Shown in pieces: positions 62,033-64,000 of a DNA stretch of 64,000 nucleotides; position 1 is the first letter of the stretch, and each line of letters starts with the position of its first letter. The notes below the pieces were generated by a model. The model was given only the letters and a program-made list of their open reading frames with translations, ran no database searches and had not been told where the DNA came from. Source of the DNA: an uncultured delta proteobacterium (GTDB lineage: Bacteria > Myxococcota > Myxococcia > Myxococcales > Anaeromyxobacteraceae); NCBI GenBank assembly GCA_963814585.1, contig CAWFDF010000008.1, positions 352,001-416,000 on the forward strand. Direction: 5' to 3'. Made by a program: the position numbers and the translations under genes.

Positions 62033-64000
62033 CTACTTCTCCTCCTCGACCCCCTTCACCTTCCCCTCGGCGCGCCGCCGCTCGATGATCTTCTGCGCCA
62101 GCGGGGGCGGGACCGGGTCGTAGTGCGCCGGGGCCATGGTGAAGTAGCCGAGCCCCTGGGTGAGCGAGCGCAGGTCGGCGTCGTAGGTCATGGCCTCGGC
62201 GTGCGGGCAGGTGGCGCGGATGGTGACGCCACGGGTGGCCGGCTCCATCCCCTGCACCCGGGCGCGGCGGGAGTTGAGGTCGCCCATGACGGGGCCCACG
62301 TACTCCTCGGGCACCCGCACCTCCAGCTGCATGATGGGCTCGAGCAGGATGGGACGCGCCTCGGCCATGGCCTTCTTGAAGGCCATCGAGCCGGCCACCT
62401 GGAAGGCCATGTCCGAGCTGTCGACGTCGTGGTAGCTGCCGAAGAACAGCTTGGCCTTGAAGTCGACCACCTGGTAGCCGGCCAGGGGCCCCGAGCCCAA
62501 GGAGCCCCGGATCCCCTTCTCCACCGAGGGGATGAACTGCCGGGGCACGGTGCCGCCGACGATGGCGTCCTCGAACTGGAACCCGGTCCCGCGCGGCAGC
62601 GGCGACAGCTCGACGTGGGCGTCGCCGAACTGGCCATGGCCACCGGTCTGGCGCTTGAACTTCCCCTGGGCCTTGGCGGTGGCGGTGATGGTCTCGAGGT
62701 AGGCCGGGGAGGGCGGCGCCAGGGTGATCTCCACGCCGTGCTTCCGCTTGACCCGCTCCACCGTGACCTCGATGTGCGCCTGCCCCATCCCCTGGAGCAG
62801 CATCTCGCCGGTGTCCGGAGAGCGGGCCAGCTCCAGGGAGGGATCCTCCTCGATGAGCTTGTGGAGGGCGGCGGCGGCCTTGTCGTCCCCGCCCTTGGCG
62901 TGGACGGCGTAGGAGACCGGGCGGGTGTGCTGCCTGAAGGGCGGAAGCAGGATGGGCGTGTCCTTGTCGCACAGGGTGTCGCCGGTGTGGGCGTCCTTGA
63001 GCTTCACCAGCACCACGAACTCGCCGGGGCCGGCCTCGGTGACCTCGGCGGTCTGGGCCCCGTCGGTCCGGAAGAAGTGGGCCACCCGCTCCTCGCTGCG
63101 GGTCCGCGGGTTCATCAGCGTGGTGTCCGGCCTGAGCGTGCCGGAGACGACGCGGACGTAGTCGACCCGCCCGGTGAAGTGGTCGATGGTGGTCTTGAAG
63201 ACCTGGCCGCAGAAGGGGGCGTTGGCATCACCGGCCCAGAGCACCTCCTTCCCGGCCAGATCGGTGCCCGCCACCACCCGCTCGGCCGGCGACGGGATGA
63301 CCAGGACCGCCAGGTCGAGCAGCTCTCGCACGCCGAGCCCCGACTTGGCGGCGGCCACCGCCACCGGCAGGAACCTCCGGGCCCGGGCGCCGGCGGTGAT
63401 GCCGCGCCGCAGGTCCTCCTCGCCGAGGGTCCCGGCGTCGAGGTAACGTCCCAGCAGCTCGTCGTCGGCCTCGGCCGCCGCCTCCAGCAGGGCGGTGCGG
63501 AGCGCCGTCGCCTCGGCCAGCACCCCATCCGGGATGTCGACCTCGGTGATCTTGCCGAAGGCCTTGGGGTCGATCAGGTGGGCCTTCATGGTGATGAGGT
63601 CGACCAGCCCCCGGCAGGCAGGACCTTCGCCGATGGGGAGCTGCAACGCCACCGGCTTCACCTTGAGCGACGCCTCGATGTCGGCGAGGGCCTTCTTGAA
63701 ATCGGCCTGGTCGTGGTCGACGCGGGTGATGACGCCCAGCGCCGGGACGGCCGCGTCGGCCAGCACGTCATAGGTCCGCTCGGCGCGGTTGTGGCACCCG
63801 TCGGCCGCCGAGATGGCCATCACCGCGCCGTCGGTGACCTGCAGCGCCCACTCCACCTCGGTGAGGAAGGCGGCGAAGCCGGGGCAGTCGAGGACGTGGA
63901 AGCTGCGGCCCCCCTCGTCGAAGGACTCCGCATGGAGGCTGAGCGTGAAGTTGCGCTTCTTCTCCTCCGGCTCGGCGTCGAGCCGCGCCGAGGAGCCATC
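62033..64000 (-). CDS. fusA: Elongation factor G paralog (EF-G2-like), 5'-truncated by window edge
   Basis: LQLPIG, EEDP, GMGQ.H, KRQTGGHGQFG, YHDVDSS, LLEPIM; divergent G-domain motifs. Confidence 0.9.
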   Translation of the reverse strand, partial: DGSSARLDAEPEEKKRNFTLSLHAESFDEGGRSFHVLDCPGFAAFLTEVEWALQVTDGAVMAISAADGCHNRAERTYDVLADAAVPALGVITRVDHDQADFKKALADIEASLKVKPVALQLPIGEGPACRGLVDLITMKAHLIDPKAFGKITEVDIPDGVLAEATALRTALLEAAAEADDELLGRYLDAGTLGEEDLRRGITAGARARRFLPVAVAAAKSGLGVRELLDLAVLVIPSPAERVVAGTDLAGKEVLWAGDANAPFCGQVFKTTIDHFTGRVDYVRVVSGTLRPDTTLMNPRTRSEERVAHFFRTDGAQTAEVTEAGPGEFVVLVKLKDAHTGDTLCDKDTPILLPPFRQHTRPVSYAVHAKGGDDKAAAALHKLIEEDPSLELARSPDTGEMLLQGMGQAHIEVTVERVKRKHGVEITLAPPSPAYLETITATAKAQGKFKRQTGGHGQFGDAHVELSPLPRGTGFQFEDAIVGGTVPRQFIPSVEKGIRGSLGSGPLAGYQVVDFKAKLFFGSYHDVDSSDMAFQVAGSMAFKKAMAEARPILLEPIMQLEVRVPEEYVGPVMGDLNSRRARVQGMEPATRGVTIRATCPHAEAMTYDADLRSLTQGLGYFTMAPAHYDPVPPPLAQKIIERRRAEGKVKGVEEEK

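Overview
High-GC chromosomal window from a myxobacterium; the 16S sequence and gene content look Anaeromyxobacter-like (recognised by eye, no database search). 1-28.4 kb is mostly core genes: glycine cleavage gcvT-H-PA-PB, a TonB-mgsA-ccsA-resB cluster, a transglycosylase, a tetraheme NapC/NirT-type cytochrome, infA, ruvX-mltG-M23 peptidase, a DEAD-box helicase, a sigma-32-type factor, a DUF4159/GATase-like pair, a HAD hydrolase, a ferredoxin and SirB1. tRNA-Asn (28593-28668) is followed by a roughly 16 kb accessory region with no integrase. It is visibly decaying: internally collapsed mini-genes, two duplicated gene 3' ends that bracket cargo, and frameshifted pseudogenes. Next come mtnP, a complete minus-strand rRNA operon (16S-Ile-Ala-23S-5S) with four tandem promoters, gmk-yicC, an LPS/lipid A operon and a partial EF-G paralog. 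Main leads: (i) an orphan, putatively sigma-54-driven pair of a T3SS translocator/filament-like gene and a SycD-like chaperone; (ii) the rearrangement pattern in the tRNA-Asn island, around a ubiquitin-like MoaD plus beta-propeller operon; (iii) a membrane-anchored PHP phosphoesterase inside the lipid A operon; (iv) a REPIN/MITE-like element with compensatory base changes; (v) an EF-G paralog with degenerate GTPase motifs. No CRISPR array, transposase or integrase was seen. Family names come from motif recognition and need HMM confirmation.
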